NCBI GenBank assembly: GCA_964386035.1
Contig: CAYLQT010000010.1
Span: 14,963 to 78,962 of the forward strand
Length of the DNA: 64,000 nucleotides
From: an uncultured Clostridium sp.
Lineage (GTDB): Bacteria > Bacillota > Clostridia > Oscillospirales > Acutalibacteraceae
Direction: 5' to 3'
Shown here: one piece after another, positions 1 to 10,276 of the stretch
How positions within the stretch are numbered: position 1 is the first letter of the stretch
How the letters are laid out: each line of letters begins with the position of its first letter
Program-made: the position numbers and the translations under genes
Notes under the pieces: generated by a model
Seen by the model: the letters and a program-made list of their open reading frames with translations, nothing else
Told to the model about the DNA's origin: nothing
Database searches by the model: none

Positions 1-1146
1 AGAGGATACAGCCGTGCAGTCGGCACAATATTTTGATGCAAGAGCCGTTAAATCCTCGGGCATAAGGCTTCGGGGATTGTCGGGTGCGGTGAGATACATC
101 TTCTCAAAAAGCGGTGCCACGATGCGAAGATAGGTATCGCAATCCTTGTCCCCCATCAAAGCGCACACGCCGATTCGTCTACCGCCGACAAAGCGGTTTT
201 CAAAGGCGCAGAGGGCATTTGCACAGCCCTCATTATGTCCGCCGTCAAGGATTATATTGCCGCCGATAAACTCCATTCTCGCAGGCATAACGGCTGCTTT
301 AATCCCCTGCTCTATTTGACGGGCATCGATATTCAATCCGCTCTCGCACACGGCTGTGACTGCGGTGACGGCATTTTTTATCATGTGCTCACCGGCAAAC
401 GGAACATGAAGCTTCATCGAACCGAACAAAATATCAGTACCCGTTATGTCCTCACGAACCACACGGCAGTCGTCCATATTCGGCACAACCAGTCTGTTAT
501 GCTCACTCCTTGCGGTGTCGGTTATCACACGTATGACCTCGTCTGCCTGTTCCGGGTAGGCGACGGTCACGCCCTCGGACTTTATAATCCCGCATTTTTG
601 GGCGGCTATTTCCGAAAGTGTATTGCCTAAAACGGCGATATGATCCATTGAAATTGAGGTTATGACCGACACGAGCGGTGTTTTGATAATATTGGTCGAG
701 TCGAGCAGTCCGCCGAGACCGACCTCGAGCACCACCACATCACAGCGACGGCGGCGAAACCACAAAAAAGCGGCGGCGGTAAGAGTCTCAAACTCGGTGG
801 GAGAAACACCCTCACGGTCGAGCCGGTCGCAGACTGTTTTCACGTCACTGACAACCTCCGCAAGCTCCTCCGGCGGAATCATCTCACCGTCTATCTGCAT
901 ACGCTCACAAAAATCAATAACATACGGCGAGGTAAAAAGTCCCGTGCGAAGTCCTGCGTTGCTGAGAATCGACGCTATCATCGTGCTTGTCGAGCCTTTG
1001 CCGTTTGTTCCTGCTACATGGATAAAACGAAGTCCATCCTGCGGATTGCCGAGAGCGGCACACAGTGCGGAAATTCGCTCCATTCCGGGATTTATCCCAA
1101 AAGTCAAGCGAGAGTGAATATATTCGATTGCTTCAAAAGAGGTCAT
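1..1146 (-). CDS. folC: folylpolyglutamate synthase/dihydrofolate synthase (runs off left edge, 3' partial)
   Basis: Manual translation from ATG 1146 (RBS GGAG): MTSFEAIEYIHSRLTFGINPGMERI...IHVAGTNGKGST; later LDGGHNEG. Open frame where checked near base 1; directly downstream of valS. Confidence 0.93.
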   Translation of the reverse strand, partial: MTSFEAIEYIHSRLTFGINPGMERISALCAALGNPQDGLRFIHVAGTNGKGSTSTMIASILSNAGLRTGLFTSPYVIDFCERMQIDGEMIPPEELAEVVSDVKTVCDRLDREGVSPTEFETLTAAAFLWFRRRRCDVVVLEVGLGGLLDSTNIIKTPLVSVITSISMDHIAVLGNTLSEIAAQKCGIIKSEGVTVAYPEQADEVIRVITDTARSEHNRLVVPNMDDCRVVREDITGTDILFGSMKLHVPFAGEHMIKNAVTAVTAVCESGLNIDARQIEQGIKAAVMPARMEFIGGNIILDGGHNEGCANALCAFENRFVGGRRIGVCALMGDKDCDTYLRIVAPLFEKMYLTAPDNPRSLMPEDLTALASKYCADCTAVSS

Positions 1147-1180
1147 ACCATAGCTCCTTTCGGAGATTTTTTGTTGCGGT

Positions 1181-1441
1181 AAAATTACGCAGTCATCTAT
1201 ACTGTACCCTAAAAATTCGCCTCCCCTTTTCAGAGGAGGCTTTTTGTCATTTGCTTTTGCGGTTCTCACAACGCAGTATCACGCAAATTGTGCATTGGCG
1301 AGCCTCAAAGTCTCGAATGTGTAGCCAATAGTGGAATTTTGTGCGAGACAAGGCGTGGGGTTCTGCGGACGAGGGAGCATACTCTTGTATGTGACCGAAT
1401 ACGCAGGGTTCTCACAACGCAGTATCACGCAAAATTACGCA
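1181..1441. repeat. 250-bp intergenic insert bounded by 11-bp direct repeat AAAATTACGCA, containing a 43/44-bp direct repeat and a ~100-bp imperfect palindrome (REP/MITE-like)
   Basis: AAAATTACGCA at 1181-1191 and 1431-1441. GGTTCTCACAACGCAGTATCACGCAAA(A)TT..GCATTGGCGAGC at 1261-1303 and 1407-1450. Palindrome arms 1335-1349/1422-1436, inner CTGCG/CGCAG and CATAC/GTATG stems. Confidence 0.75.
1219..1245. terminator. intrinsic terminator-like hairpin between valS and folC
   Basis: GCCTCC-10 nt-GGAGGC with T-runs available on both strands. Confidence 0.5.
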
Positions 1442-4062
1442 TTGGCGAGCTTTGAAAGGCTGTCATTGAGCATCGCAATCTTCTCATTCAGCTTCCTTGC
1501 CGCTTCACGCTGTGCTTCGACAACGGCAGCAGGTGCTTTGGAGACAAAGTTTTCATTTGAAAGCTTGGCGTTGATACCGTCAAGCTGTTTTTGAGAGGAA
1601 GCAAGCTCCTTGTTGAGTCTTGCACGCTCTGCCTCGAAATCGACGAGATCGCCCATGGGAATATATATCTTTGCGGCATCGGTGACGATGCAAACTGCGC
1701 CATCTATCTCTATGCCTTCTTCAACCTCGACCTCGGATGCGCCTGCGAGTTTCTGCATAAACTCACACGAAAGCTTAAAGGTATCAACATAAGATGTGCT
1801 GAAATATACCTTCGCTCTCTTCGAATGAGGAACATTCATCTCGGCTCGGCGGTTTCTTATCGCCCTGACTGCCTCCATAATCATATCCATCTGCTTTTCC
1901 TCATCTTCAAAGGAAAGCTCAGACGAATACTGAGGCCACTCGGAGACCATTATACTCTCGCCCTCATGCGGAAGAGACTGCCAAATTTCCTCGGTAACAA
2001 AGGGCATAAACGGATGAAGGAGCTTCAAGATACCTATCATAACATGGATGAGCACACGCTTTGCACAGTGTGCAGGCTCGCCGCCCTTTTGCAGGCGAAT
2101 CTTTGCAAGCTCGATATACCAATCGCAGAAAACATCCCAGATGAAATCATAGAGCTTCTGAACGGCAACGCCGAGTTCGAATCTGTCAAGATTATCGGTG
2201 ACTTCCTTTACAAGGTCATTGTAAAGGCTGAGAACCCATTTATCCTCAAGTGAAAGCTCCTCGGGAAGTCCGGAGCTTTCGGAGCCGTCAAGATTCATCA
2301 AGATGAAACGGGCGGCGTTCCAAAGCTTATTGGCAAAGTTACGGCTGGCTTCAACCTTCTTGTCGGAATATCTCATATCGTTTCCGGGGCTGTTGCCGTT
2401 GGCAAGAGTGAAGCGAAGTGCATCCGCACCGTACTTGTCAATAACCTCAAGGGGATCGATGCCGTTGCCGAGAGACTTCGACATCTTTCTGCCCTGCTCA
2501 TCACGGACAAGACCGTGGATAAGCACGGTATCAAATGGAACCTGACCAGTCTGCTCTATGCCCGAGAACATCATTCTCATGACCCAGAACGGGATTATAT
2601 CGTAACCTGTAACAAGGGTGTTTGTGGGATAATAGCGTTTGAAGTCCTCGCTGTCCGTATTCGGCCAGCCGAGAGTTGAGAACGGCCAAAGTGCAGACGA
2701 GAACCAAGTATCGAGAGTATCGGGATCCTGATGAATGTGTGTACTGCCGCACTTTGAGCACTTATCGGGAGCGGTTCTTGCAACGGTTATCTCGCCGCAG
2801 TCATCGCAATACCACGCAGGGATTCTGTGACCCCACCAGAGCTGACGGGAAATACACCAGTCACGGATATTCTCAAGCCAATGGAAATAGACCTTCTCAA
2901 AACGCTTGGGGACAAACTTGGTTTCGTCATTCTTAACAGCATCAATCGCAGGGCCTGCAAGCGGCTTCATGCTGACGAACCACTGCTTTGAAACACGAGG
3001 TTCAACGGTGGTTGAGCAGCGGTAGCAGGTGCCGACATTGTGGCTGTAATCCTCAACCTTGACAAGTGCGCCCTCGGCTTCGAGATCCTTGACTATTGCC
3101 TTTCTCGCCTCGTATCTGTCCATACCGGCATACTTCGGATAGTCATCAACTATCTTGGCATCGTCGGTGAGAACATTTATGACAGGCAGGTTATGACGCA
3201 GACCGACCTCAAAGTCGTTCGGGTCATGTGCAGGGGTTATTTTAACAACGCCTGTACCGAAATCTATCTCAACATAATCGTCAGCAACAACGGGAATCTC
3301 ACGGTGGACAATAGGCAGAATGAGCGTCTTGCCGACTATATCCTTATATCTTTCATCGTTGGGGTTGACTGCAACGGCGGTATCACCGAGAAGTGTCTCG
3401 GGTCTTGTGGTTGCAAGCTCCAGATAACCACTGCCGTCCTTGAAGGGATAGCGCAGATGCCAGAAGTGACCTGCCTGATCCTCATACTCGACCTCCGCAT
3501 CGGAAATTGAGGTCAGGCAATGGGGGCACCAGTTGATTATTCTCTCGCCTCTATAGATAAGTCCCTTTTCATAGAGACTGCAAAACACTTCATTGACAGC
3601 CTGATTACAGCCCTCGTCCAATGTGAAGCGTTCACGCTCCCAGTCGCAGGACGAGCCCATTTTCTTGAGCTGTTCAATTATTCTGCCGCCGAACTTATCC
3701 TTCCATGCCCATGCACGCTCAAGAAAGCCGTCTCTGCCGACATCGTCCTTGGTAAGACCCTCTTTCGCCATAGCCTCGACTATCTTCGCCTCGGTTGCGA
3801 TAGAAGCGTGGTCTGTGCCGGGCAACCAGAGAGTATCATAGCCCTGCATACGATGATAGCGGATAAGAATATCCTGGAGAGTATTGTCAAGTGCATGACC
3901 CATATGGAGCTGTCCCGTGATGTTCGGAGGGGGGATAACTATTGTATAGGGCTTCTTTTCCGGATCGGGAACGGCATGAAAGTAATTGCCGTCGAGCCAG
4001 AATTTATAAGTTCTGTCCTCCACTTCCTTAGGATCATACTGCTTTGCGAGTTCCTTTGCCAT
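1435..4062 (-). CDS. valS: valine--tRNA ligase
   Basis: [13 protein letters not shown] (HIGH), [21 protein letters not shown]-terminal coiled coil; start could be 4074. Confidence 0.98.
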   Translation of the reverse strand: MAKELAKQYDPKEVEDRTYKFWLDGNYFHAVPDPEKKPYTIVIPPPNITGQLHMGHALDNTLQDILIRYHRMQGYDTLWLPGTDHASIATEAKIVEAMAKEGLTKDDVGRDGFLERAWAWKDKFGGRIIEQLKKMGSSCDWERERFTLDEGCNQAVNEVFCSLYEKGLIYRGERIINWCPHCLTSISDAEVEYEDQAGHFWHLRYPFKDGSGYLELATTRPETLLGDTAVAVNPNDERYKDIVGKTLILPIVHREIPVVADDYVEIDFGTGVVKITPAHDPNDFEVGLRHNLPVINVLTDDAKIVDDYPKYAGMDRYEARKAIVKDLEAEGALVKVEDYSHNVGTCYRCSTTVEPRVSKQWFVSMKPLAGPAIDAVKNDETKFVPKRFEKVYFHWLENIRDWCISRQLWWGHRIPAWYCDDCGEITVARTAPDKCSKCGSTHIHQDPDTLDTWFSSALWPFSTLGWPNTDSEDFKRYYPTNTLVTGYDIIPFWVMRMMFSGIEQTGQVPFDTVLIHGLVRDEQGRKMSKSLGNGIDPLEVIDKYGADALRFTLANGNSPGNDMRYSDKKVEASRNFANKLWNAARFILMNLDGSESSGLPEELSLEDKWVLSLYNDLVKEVTDNLDRFELGVAVQKLYDFIWDVFCDWYIELAKIRLQKGGEPAHCAKRVLIHVMIGILKLLHPFMPFVTEEIWQSLPHEGESIMVSEWPQYSSELSFEDEEKQMDMIMEAVRAIRNRRAEMNVPHSKRAKVYFSTSYVDTFKLSCEFMQKLAGASEVEVEEGIEIDGAVCIVTDAAKIYIPMGDLVDFEAERARLNKELASSQKQLDGINAKLSNENFVSKAPAAVVEAQREAARKLNEKIAMLNDSLSKLANA

Positions 4063-4143
4063 AACATAATCCATTTCTCCGGCGAATAAGATTTTATATA
4101 AACGCTTTTGCTCCGCGCCGGAGGAGCTGCGTCGGTTTTCAGA

Positions 4144-5076
4144 TTAAAGTCCGTTTGAGTTGAGGAAGTCTAAGGTAACTTCACAAAGCTCATCGGCACG
4201 GTTCTCATTGCACATATGACCGCCACCCTTGACTTCATAGGTCACGGCAGAGGTAAGTGCGGCGTTTACCTGAGTTTTCATCCACGGCATAAGCACAAGG
4301 TCGCACTCAGCCTGAACGAGCAAAACAGGCATTTCTATCTTCGATGCCGCATCGAGGTCGGTCGGTCTTGCATTGAACATCATGCTTATCATGCTCTCGC
4401 CTGTGTAATCCACGCCGAGCGGATCGGAAACCGCAGAGACATCGTAGCTCATGGCGAAATCCCAGTCAACAAAAGCGGCAAGCAGAACTACTCGCATAAG
4501 CGGAGTTACCATCGTGCCGTATTTCAGGAATGCGGACATAAACTTGCCCATAAACTCGCTACCGAATATTCCCTGCATAAATGACGGAAATTCACTCACG
4601 GGTGCAGGGCAATAGAGCATAAGTGCCTGAAGCTCGGGAGTTTCTGCGGCTATATTCATAGCAACGCCGCCGCCCATGGAATGGCCTGCCAATATCCACT
4701 CATCCATAGGAGCTATAGAGAGCATGAGCTGTTCTACAAGTATCTCACGGTCGATGTGTTCAACATCGGCGGTCTCACGAGTGGTATAGCCAAAGCCGGG
4801 GAGGTCTGCGAGAACGCACTCATAGCCGGACTGATTGAGAAGCTTTGCCATAGGCTCCCACGCATAGGTGGAACAGCCGAAGCCGTGGAGCATCATAACC
4901 CTGCCCTTCATATCGCCCTCTGCCTCAAAAACACGGTAATGCACGCTGTAATCACCGTATTCAAAAAACTCACTGTTTTCAAACGGCTTTTGGGTCTGAG
5001 CGAATACAGGTACGGAAATTGCGAGTAATATGACCGTTGCGAGCATAACTGCCGCAAGTCTTTTAAGCTTTTTCAT
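4144..5076 (-). CDS. secreted alpha/beta hydrolase (lipase/esterase-like)
   Basis: Signal-peptide-like N-terminus (MKKLKRLAAVMLA...VFA), HGFG oxyanion motif, GHSMGG nucleophile elbow, C-terminal GGHM. Confidence 0.85.
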   Translation of the reverse strand: MKKLKRLAAVMLATVILLAISVPVFAQTQKPFENSEFFEYGDYSVHYRVFEAEGDMKGRVMMLHGFGCSTYAWEPMAKLLNQSGYECVLADLPGFGYTTRETADVEHIDREILVEQLMLSIAPMDEWILAGHSMGGGVAMNIAAETPELQALMLYCPAPVSEFPSFMQGIFGSEFMGKFMSAFLKYGTMVTPLMRVVLLAAFVDWDFAMSYDVSAVSDPLGVDYTGESMISMMFNARPTDLDAASKIEMPVLLVQAECDLVLMPWMKTQVNAALTSAVTYEVKGGGHMCNENRADELCEVTLDFLNSNGL

Positions 5077-5109
5077 GCCAATCCCTCAACTTACAAAATA
5101 TTACTCTTT

Positions 5110-5138
5110 ATTATCACATTCTAAACCGCTTTTGTCAA
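5110..5138 (-). promoter_or_regulatory. sigmaA promoter for hydrolase-valS
   Basis: TTGACA-N17-GATAAT on minus strand. Confidence 0.6.
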
Positions 5139-5174
5139 GTGATTTAACGCTTTTTGACCGTTTCGGAGGTAAAA

Positions 5175-6758
5175 ATGAAGAACACAAAACGCCTGCTTGT
5201 AAACACCCTGACACTTGCCGCAACCTCGTTTCTGATGCGGACTGTGTCGGTGGCGTTCAATGTATATTTGACAGGGCGACTCGGAGCCGCCGGAATAGGT
5301 CTTTTTTCACTCGTGACCGATGTATATGCCATGGCACTGACCTTTGCATTTGCAGGTCTTCCTCTCGCCTCCACCCGTCTGACCGTGGAGGACTGCGGCA
5401 GGCAGACAGGGCAAGGGGCGTTTATTATGCGCCGCTGTATACTCTACGGACTGACCGTTGGGGTCATCATGATGTTCACAGTATGGTCGGGAGCAGACCT
5501 TATTGCTCGGCTCTGGCTCGGAGATATTCGCACCGCCTCATCGCTGAGAATCCTTGCAATCAGTCTGCCGGCGGCATCGGTGGAATGTGCTTTCAGCGGA
5601 TATTTTACGGCACGGCGAACAGTGCTGAAATTTGCGGCGGTGCAAATAACAGAGCAGGCAGTCAAAATCTCGGTCTCTATAATAATGCTTCACTTTTGGG
5701 CGAGCAGGGGCGCAGAATACGCCTGTGATGCGGTGGCACTCGGCATAACGGTATCTCAAGCAGTCTCGCTGATTTGTGCGGCAGGACTTTATAAATTAAC
5801 AAAGCATGAAAAGCCGAAGGAAAAGCTTCCCGGCGGAGTTCGTGCGCTTTTGCACATAGCCCTGCCCGATGCGGCAGGCTCCTGCGCCCGTTCGGTACTG
5901 CTGACGGTAGAGCACCTGCTCATTCCCGTAGGCTTTCGCCGTTCGGGGCAAAGTGCGGAAAACGCAATGACACTCTACGGCGTTATCCACGGCATGGCAC
6001 TGCCCGTCATCCTCTACCCTGCCGCAATTATGACGGCTCTGTCGAGTATGCTCGTGCCGGAATTTGCCGAATGTCTCGCAAGAGGAAACCGTGAGAGAAT
6101 AAACAGCATGGCGGCAAGAGCAATAAAAATAACCGTGCTATTTTCAGTTGGCACGGCAGGGATAATGTTTATTTTTTCACAGGGGCTGTCACTGAGTATT
6201 TACGGCGACACACAAAGTGCCGAATATCTGCGGGTACTCGCTCCGCTGTTGCCGATAATGTACACCGACACAACGGTTGACGGCATATTAAAGGGGCTTG
6301 ATCAGCAGGTATATTCCATGAGATACAACATCATCGACTCGGCAATGTGTGTGGTGCTCGTGTGCGTGCTGATACCGAAATACTCGGTGAAGGGATATGT
6401 TGCGATACTTTTCATCAGCGAAATCGTAAATTTCACCCTGAGTATACACAGGCTTTCAAAGGTATGCAGATTGGAGATAGATATAAAAAGCTCAATAATC
6501 AAGCCTGTCGTTTGCATAACCGCCTCGTTCTTGACGGGACTTTTGCTCGCCTCCGCTCAGAGCGGCTCAACGCCCGTTCTGGCATTGGCTATCACCGTCA
6601 ACTCCGCAGTTTATATTCTCCTGCTGATAATGACAGGCAGTATATCCTTTGAGGATGTCAAATGGTTTAAAGGCATATTCTCAAAAGGCTCAAGCAGTAA
6701 TAAACTGCGGACAAAATCGGGTCGGATAAACCACGACAAGCGTTCCGCGAGCCACTGA
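5175..6758 (+). CDS. SpoVB-like / MurJ-MOP family polysaccharide or lipid II flippase
   Basis: RBS GGAGGT before ATG 5175; ~12-14 TM segments; LTGRLGAAGIGLF and GILKGLDQQ resemble SpoVB. Confidence 0.8.
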   Translation: MKNTKRLLVNTLTLAATSFLMRTVSVAFNVYLTGRLGAAGIGLFSLVTDVYAMALTFAFAGLPLASTRLTVEDCGRQTGQGAFIMRRCILYGLTVGVIMMFTVWSGADLIARLWLGDIRTASSLRILAISLPAASVECAFSGYFTARRTVLKFAAVQITEQAVKISVSIIMLHFWASRGAEYACDAVALGITVSQAVSLICAAGLYKLTKHEKPKEKLPGGVRALLHIALPDAAGSCARSVLLTVEHLLIPVGFRRSGQSAENAMTLYGVIHGMALPVILYPAAIMTALSSMLVPEFAECLARGNRERINSMAARAIKITVLFSVGTAGIMFIFSQGLSLSIYGDTQSAEYLRVLAPLLPIMYTDTTVDGILKGLDQQVYSMRYNIIDSAMCVVLVCVLIPKYSVKGYVAILFISEIVNFTLSIHRLSKVCRLEIDIKSSIIKPVVCITASFLTGLLLASAQSGSTPVLALAITVNSAVYILLLIMTGSISFEDVKWFKGIFSKGSSSNKLRTKSGRINHDKRSASH

Positions 6759-7328
6759 AATCGAGCTTTCGACGCCCAAAAATTCATTGCTTGTGCCGAT
6801 AACGCTCGTGCTTTCAAGAGTATAGTCGTAAAGCGGATATTTGAGATTTTTGATATTCACGCCCGTTGAAGTTTCACCGTGAGAGAAAACCGACACATAG
6901 CCTGCGGCATTGGAGGGAAAACGCACCTCACCGTCGGTAATCATCAAAAAAGATGTCTCCCCTGCATCCATAGTCACGGCGGCACCCTGCTTTGAGAGCG
7001 ATGCCAAAAGTGCAAGATTTGAAAAAGTGTGGTCATATCTTCCGCCGGAGGCACCGTAAAGTCGAAAGTGCTTATATCCCCTCTCAAGGCCTACAGATGC
7101 GGCAAACGACATATCCGTTTCATCCTTTTCGCAAGGTAGAACTATGACATTGTCGCCACTTGGCACCCGTCCGAGGGAATCAAAATCACCGACGATAATA
7201 TCCGGTGCTATGCCGAGTTCTTCAAGATATTTCAGTCCGCCGTCTGCGGCTATAATGAGGTCGCCGTTTTTCGGCTCGTCCATACCGAAAAAATCACCTG
7301 CTCCAACTATATGACAAACACCATTCAA
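6690..7328 (-). CDS. thiN: thiamine diphosphokinase
   Basis: IAADGG, VGDFDS, EKDETD, GGRYDHTFSNL, SNEF motifs. Confidence 0.93.
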   Translation of the reverse strand: MNGVCHIVGAGDFFGMDEPKNGDLIIAADGGLKYLEELGIAPDIIVGDFDSLGRVPSGDNVIVLPCEKDETDMSFAASVGLERGYKHFRLYGASGGRYDHTFSNLALLASLSKQGAAVTMDAGETSFLMITDGEVRFPSNAAGYVSVFSHGETSTGVNIKNLKYPLYDYTLESTSVIGTSNEFLGVESSISVARGTLVVVYPTRFCPQFITA

Positions 7329-7394
7329 AATATCACCGCCCGAATCACTTTACTGTTTACTGAAATTATATAACATATCCTCATATTTTTCAAT

Positions 7395-7425
7395 TAAAAA
7401 ATCCGCCCGAGCGGGCTCGGACGGA
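7395..7425 (-). terminator. intrinsic terminator after LCP gene
   Basis: TCCG-CCGAGC/GCTCGG-CGGA stem followed by U-run on minus strand. Confidence 0.6.
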
Positions 7426-7433
7426 CAGCGGAT

Positions 7434-8822
7434 TTACGCCGCATTGTTATTGAATCTTGTTGTGGTGTAATCTTCCCAATTCGGAATAGTTATCGGGAAA
7501 CGGCTGCTCGAGCTTTCCTCCTCGGAAGTCACAGGCTCATCAACGACTGTCTCGCCCGTTGTTGAATCTGTTGCGGAAACCGTGCCCTCGCTGTTAGTCG
7601 GAGAAGTTTCTTTTATATTCGGTGTAACCGTGTTCGAGCCGCCCTGATTGCCGCCGCTCGGAACTGCACCGTTTTTGAGCAAATCAACAGCGGAAACGTG
7701 ATCGTCACCGATATTTATATTGGTGTTGCCGTAGAGAGCGAGCTGAAGCTCACGGGCAACAACGGGATAGTCGATGACCCAAACTGAAAGGCGCTGACCG
7801 ATTATCTTGCCGTACCAGGTGTAGAGCTGTGCCGATGTATAATTACCCTCGCTGGGCATAACAATCTGATTCATCTCATAATTCATCCAGCCCTGAGAGA
7901 GTGCCTGAGTGAGCAGCGAGAGGATTTCACTGCGCTTGAAGTTTGTTACAACATTCGGAAGTACTATATCCATAGCGTTGTTGAGCTGACCTGCGGAAGC
8001 GGTCTTGGCACTGTCAATGAGAGCCATGATGACTTTACGCTGTCTTGCGGTTCTGTTGACATCGCCTGCACTGTCAACATGGCGAATACGGCTGTAAACA
8101 AGCGCCTGAGCACCGTTGAGCTTGACCGCCTCGCCCGACTTGACCTTGGCAATCTTGGTGGTGGTGCGGTTGATATAATCGGCTTCATACTGCTCTATCG
8201 GAACGGTCACTCCGCCCAGAGAGTCTATAAGTTTCGGGAAGCTCTTGAAGTCAACGCTGATATAATTGTCGATTTCTATCTTATAATTGTTCTCGAGCAC
8301 CTCGATGAGAGCCGCAGGGCCGCCCCATGAATGAGCATGGTTCATCTTGCAGCAACGCTCTGAGCCACCGATATTCATATATGTGTAGCTGTCTCTGAAG
8401 AACGATACAAGGTTTATGGTCTTGGTCTTTTTATTGAGTGAAAGAAGTATAACGGCATCGGAACGACCGGATGCCTTACCGTCCTCACTGTCTGTGCCGA
8501 TAAGCAGAACATTTATAACATTCTTGCTCGAATATTTCTCGCCGCCGTTTTTAGCCCATGCGGTGAGAAGACCGTCAAGGTCAGAGGCATCGCTGACATC
8601 GTACATGGCATCAAACTGCTGTTCGGGAGCAAATGTCTCATCGGGATTGCCGTTGTCTCCCCTATCTATGGTAATAAGTCCGAGCTTTGTGCCGACAAAA
8701 ATGCCGACGGCTATTATTACGATTGCGAGTACAACGCAGACAACGGTAATAAGTATCTTGAGATTCTTCTTATTGTTGTCCATCAAAAACTGCTTAAACG
8801 ATCGTTTCTCTTTCTTCTCCAT
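7434..8822 (-). CDS. LytR-CpsA-Psr (LCP) family cell-wall glycopolymer ligase
   Basis: Single N-terminal TM, NVLLIGTD, GRSDAVIL, RDSY, KMNHAH, ALVYSRIR, RTARQRKVI; S/T/E-rich tail. Confidence 0.92.
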   Translation of the reverse strand: MEKKEKRSFKQFLMDNNKKNLKILITVVCVVLAIVIIAVGIFVGTKLGLITIDRGDNGNPDETFAPEQQFDAMYDVSDASDLDGLLTAWAKNGGEKYSSKNVINVLLIGTDSEDGKASGRSDAVILLSLNKKTKTINLVSFFRDSYTYMNIGGSERCCKMNHAHSWGGPAALIEVLENNYKIEIDNYISVDFKSFPKLIDSLGGVTVPIEQYEADYINRTTTKIAKVKSGEAVKLNGAQALVYSRIRHVDSAGDVNRTARQRKVIMALIDSAKTASAGQLNNAMDIVLPNVVTNFKRSEILSLLTQALSQGWMNYEMNQIVMPSEGNYTSAQLYTWYGKIIGQRLSVWVIDYPVVARELQLALYGNTNINIGDDHVSAVDLLKNGAVPSGGNQGGSNTVTPNIKETSPTNSEGTVSATDSTTGETVVDEPVTSEEESSSSRFPITIPNWEDYTTTRFNNNAA

Positions 8823-9022
8823 AAAACGGCATCCTTTCTCGGCAATATATGTCACATTATACCACTTTGCAGCTTGAATTTCTATGCAATAGAGAATATT
8901 TTATTATTTATTTATGTTTTATGTAATTTTAAATAAATTTAAATGCACACATCACCGTTATATGATTATATTGCCCAACAAACCAATCATTTTATTTAAC
9001 GAGTATAAGTACAAAAAATATC

Positions 9023-9056
9023 AAAGGCTTTCCGTTAATTTTCGGAAAGCCTTTTT
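9023..9056. terminator. intrinsic terminator (possibly bidirectional)
   Basis: AAAGGCTTTCCG-N8-CGGAAAGCCTTT perfect 12-bp stem. Confidence 0.75.
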
Positions 9057-9065
9057 GCTGATTTA

Positions 9066-9287
9066 TCATTCATCGAACAGGTCTTGTGTAAGTGCAAGTA
9101 TTTCACTGCGGCGGCGCTCCTCTTCGGCACAGTCGATAACGAAGCTGCCGTCCGACAGTCTGCGAAGGACATTGCCCTCTCTCACACCCTGCGGCAAAAT
9201 ATCAAGTGAAATGTTGATTGTCACTTCATCTTCCCGTTCACACACGGCATAACCGCCCTCAATGCGATCAACGGCGTAATATTCCAT
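9066..9287 (-). CDS. DUF3006-family small protein
   Basis: YAVDRIEGGYAVCE...LPQGVREGNVL pattern; usual partner of the ComEC-like MBL. Confidence 0.8.
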   Translation of the reverse strand: MEYYAVDRIEGGYAVCEREDEVTINISLDILPQGVREGNVLRRLSDGSFVIDCAEEERRRSEILALTQDLFDE

Positions 9288-9301
9288 AAATGTGCCTCCC
9301 G

Positions 9302-10264
9302 TCAAGCCGCATCGGACTTGCTGTCGGGGAAAGCGGTTGTGATGTTCTCGCCGTCTGAGCCGACAACTATTGTGCCCTTGAGATCTGTACGCTCATAGGG
9401 AATATTATTCTTCTCAAGCTTTTCTATCGTCTCCTTGTGCGGATGGCCGTAATCGTTATCCTTGCCGCAGGAGATAAGAGCAAGCGACGGAGAAACAACA
9501 CTCAGGAAGTCGTCACCTGTTGATGTGCTGCTGCCGTGATGACCGAGCTTCAAAACATCCGCCTTTATATCGGCACCGTTTGTGAGTATCTTCTTCTCGC
9601 TCTTTATCTCGGCATCACCTGTAAAGAGGAAGGAGTTTTTGCCGTAAACTATTTTCAGTACGACCGATGAATTGTTGAGATCCTCCGGAGTTCCCACAGG
9701 GCCGACTATTATTATCCTGGCATCACCGAGCGAATATTCGGCTCCGACCTTTGCCGAAATAGTCTTTGCACCCGATGCCTTTATCGCCTTTATCAGCTTC
9801 TTATATATCGAGGTTGTGGGGGTCATCGAGGACGGAAGCTTGGGCATAATGATATTCTCAACCTCAAACGCCTCTATCACGGGAGGCATACTGCCGATAT
9901 GATCGGAGTGTGCGTGGGTTGCAACGACATAATCAAGCTTCGTCACCGAATTTGCCTTGAGATAATTTATTATCGTCTCGTCATTGCCACGCTCTCCTGC
10001 ATCTATGAGCATAGCGTGCTCGCCGCTCTTTATCAGGATACTGTCGCCCTGACCGACATCGATCATATGTACTGTGAACGGCTGTGCGAGTGCATCGCCG
10101 TCCTCAACAGATGTGCTGTCACCTGCGAGCAGCTCGCTCCATGTCGGAACATCGAACGGCAAATTCATATACGGTGCAAAGGTGATTATAAGTGCTATCA
10201 CCGCAACAACCGCCAAAATGATTATTTTTTTACGCTTGCTTGCCGAAAGCTTTTGAGTTGCCAT
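9302..10264 (-). CDS. membrane-anchored ComEC/Rec2-like metallo-beta-lactamase-fold hydrolase
   Basis: IDVGQGDS, THAHSDHIG, NNSSVV, LFTGDAE, LKLGHHGS, YGHPH motifs. Confidence 0.9.
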   Translation of the reverse strand: MATQKLSASKRKKIIILAVVAVIALIITFAPYMNLPFDVPTWSELLAGDSTSVEDGDALAQPFTVHMIDVGQGDSILIKSGEHAMLIDAGERGNDETIINYLKANSVTKLDYVVATHAHSDHIGSMPPVIEAFEVENIIMPKLPSSMTPTTSIYKKLIKAIKASGAKTISAKVGAEYSLGDARIIIVGPVGTPEDLNNSSVVLKIVYGKNSFLFTGDAEIKSEKKILTNGADIKADVLKLGHHGSSTSTGDDFLSVVSPSLALISCGKDNDYGHPHKETIEKLEKNNIPYERTDLKGTIVVGSDGENITTAFPDSKSDAA

Positions 10265-10276
10265 AATTCCCTCCTG

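Noticed and set aside
235-1117. Plus-strand ORFs at the window start
   Set aside because: Antisense to folC, which the track missed, apparently because it is truncated at the edge
1261-1450. Two 43/44-bp repeats as a mini-CRISPR or prophage attL/attR
   Set aside because: Only two imperfect copies with a 102-bp palindromic interior and no cas or integrase; treated as a REP/MITE-like insert instead
8880-9020. Very AT-rich intergenic stretch
   Set aside because: Consistent with the LCP promoter region; no repeats, DnaA boxes or ORF support recognised
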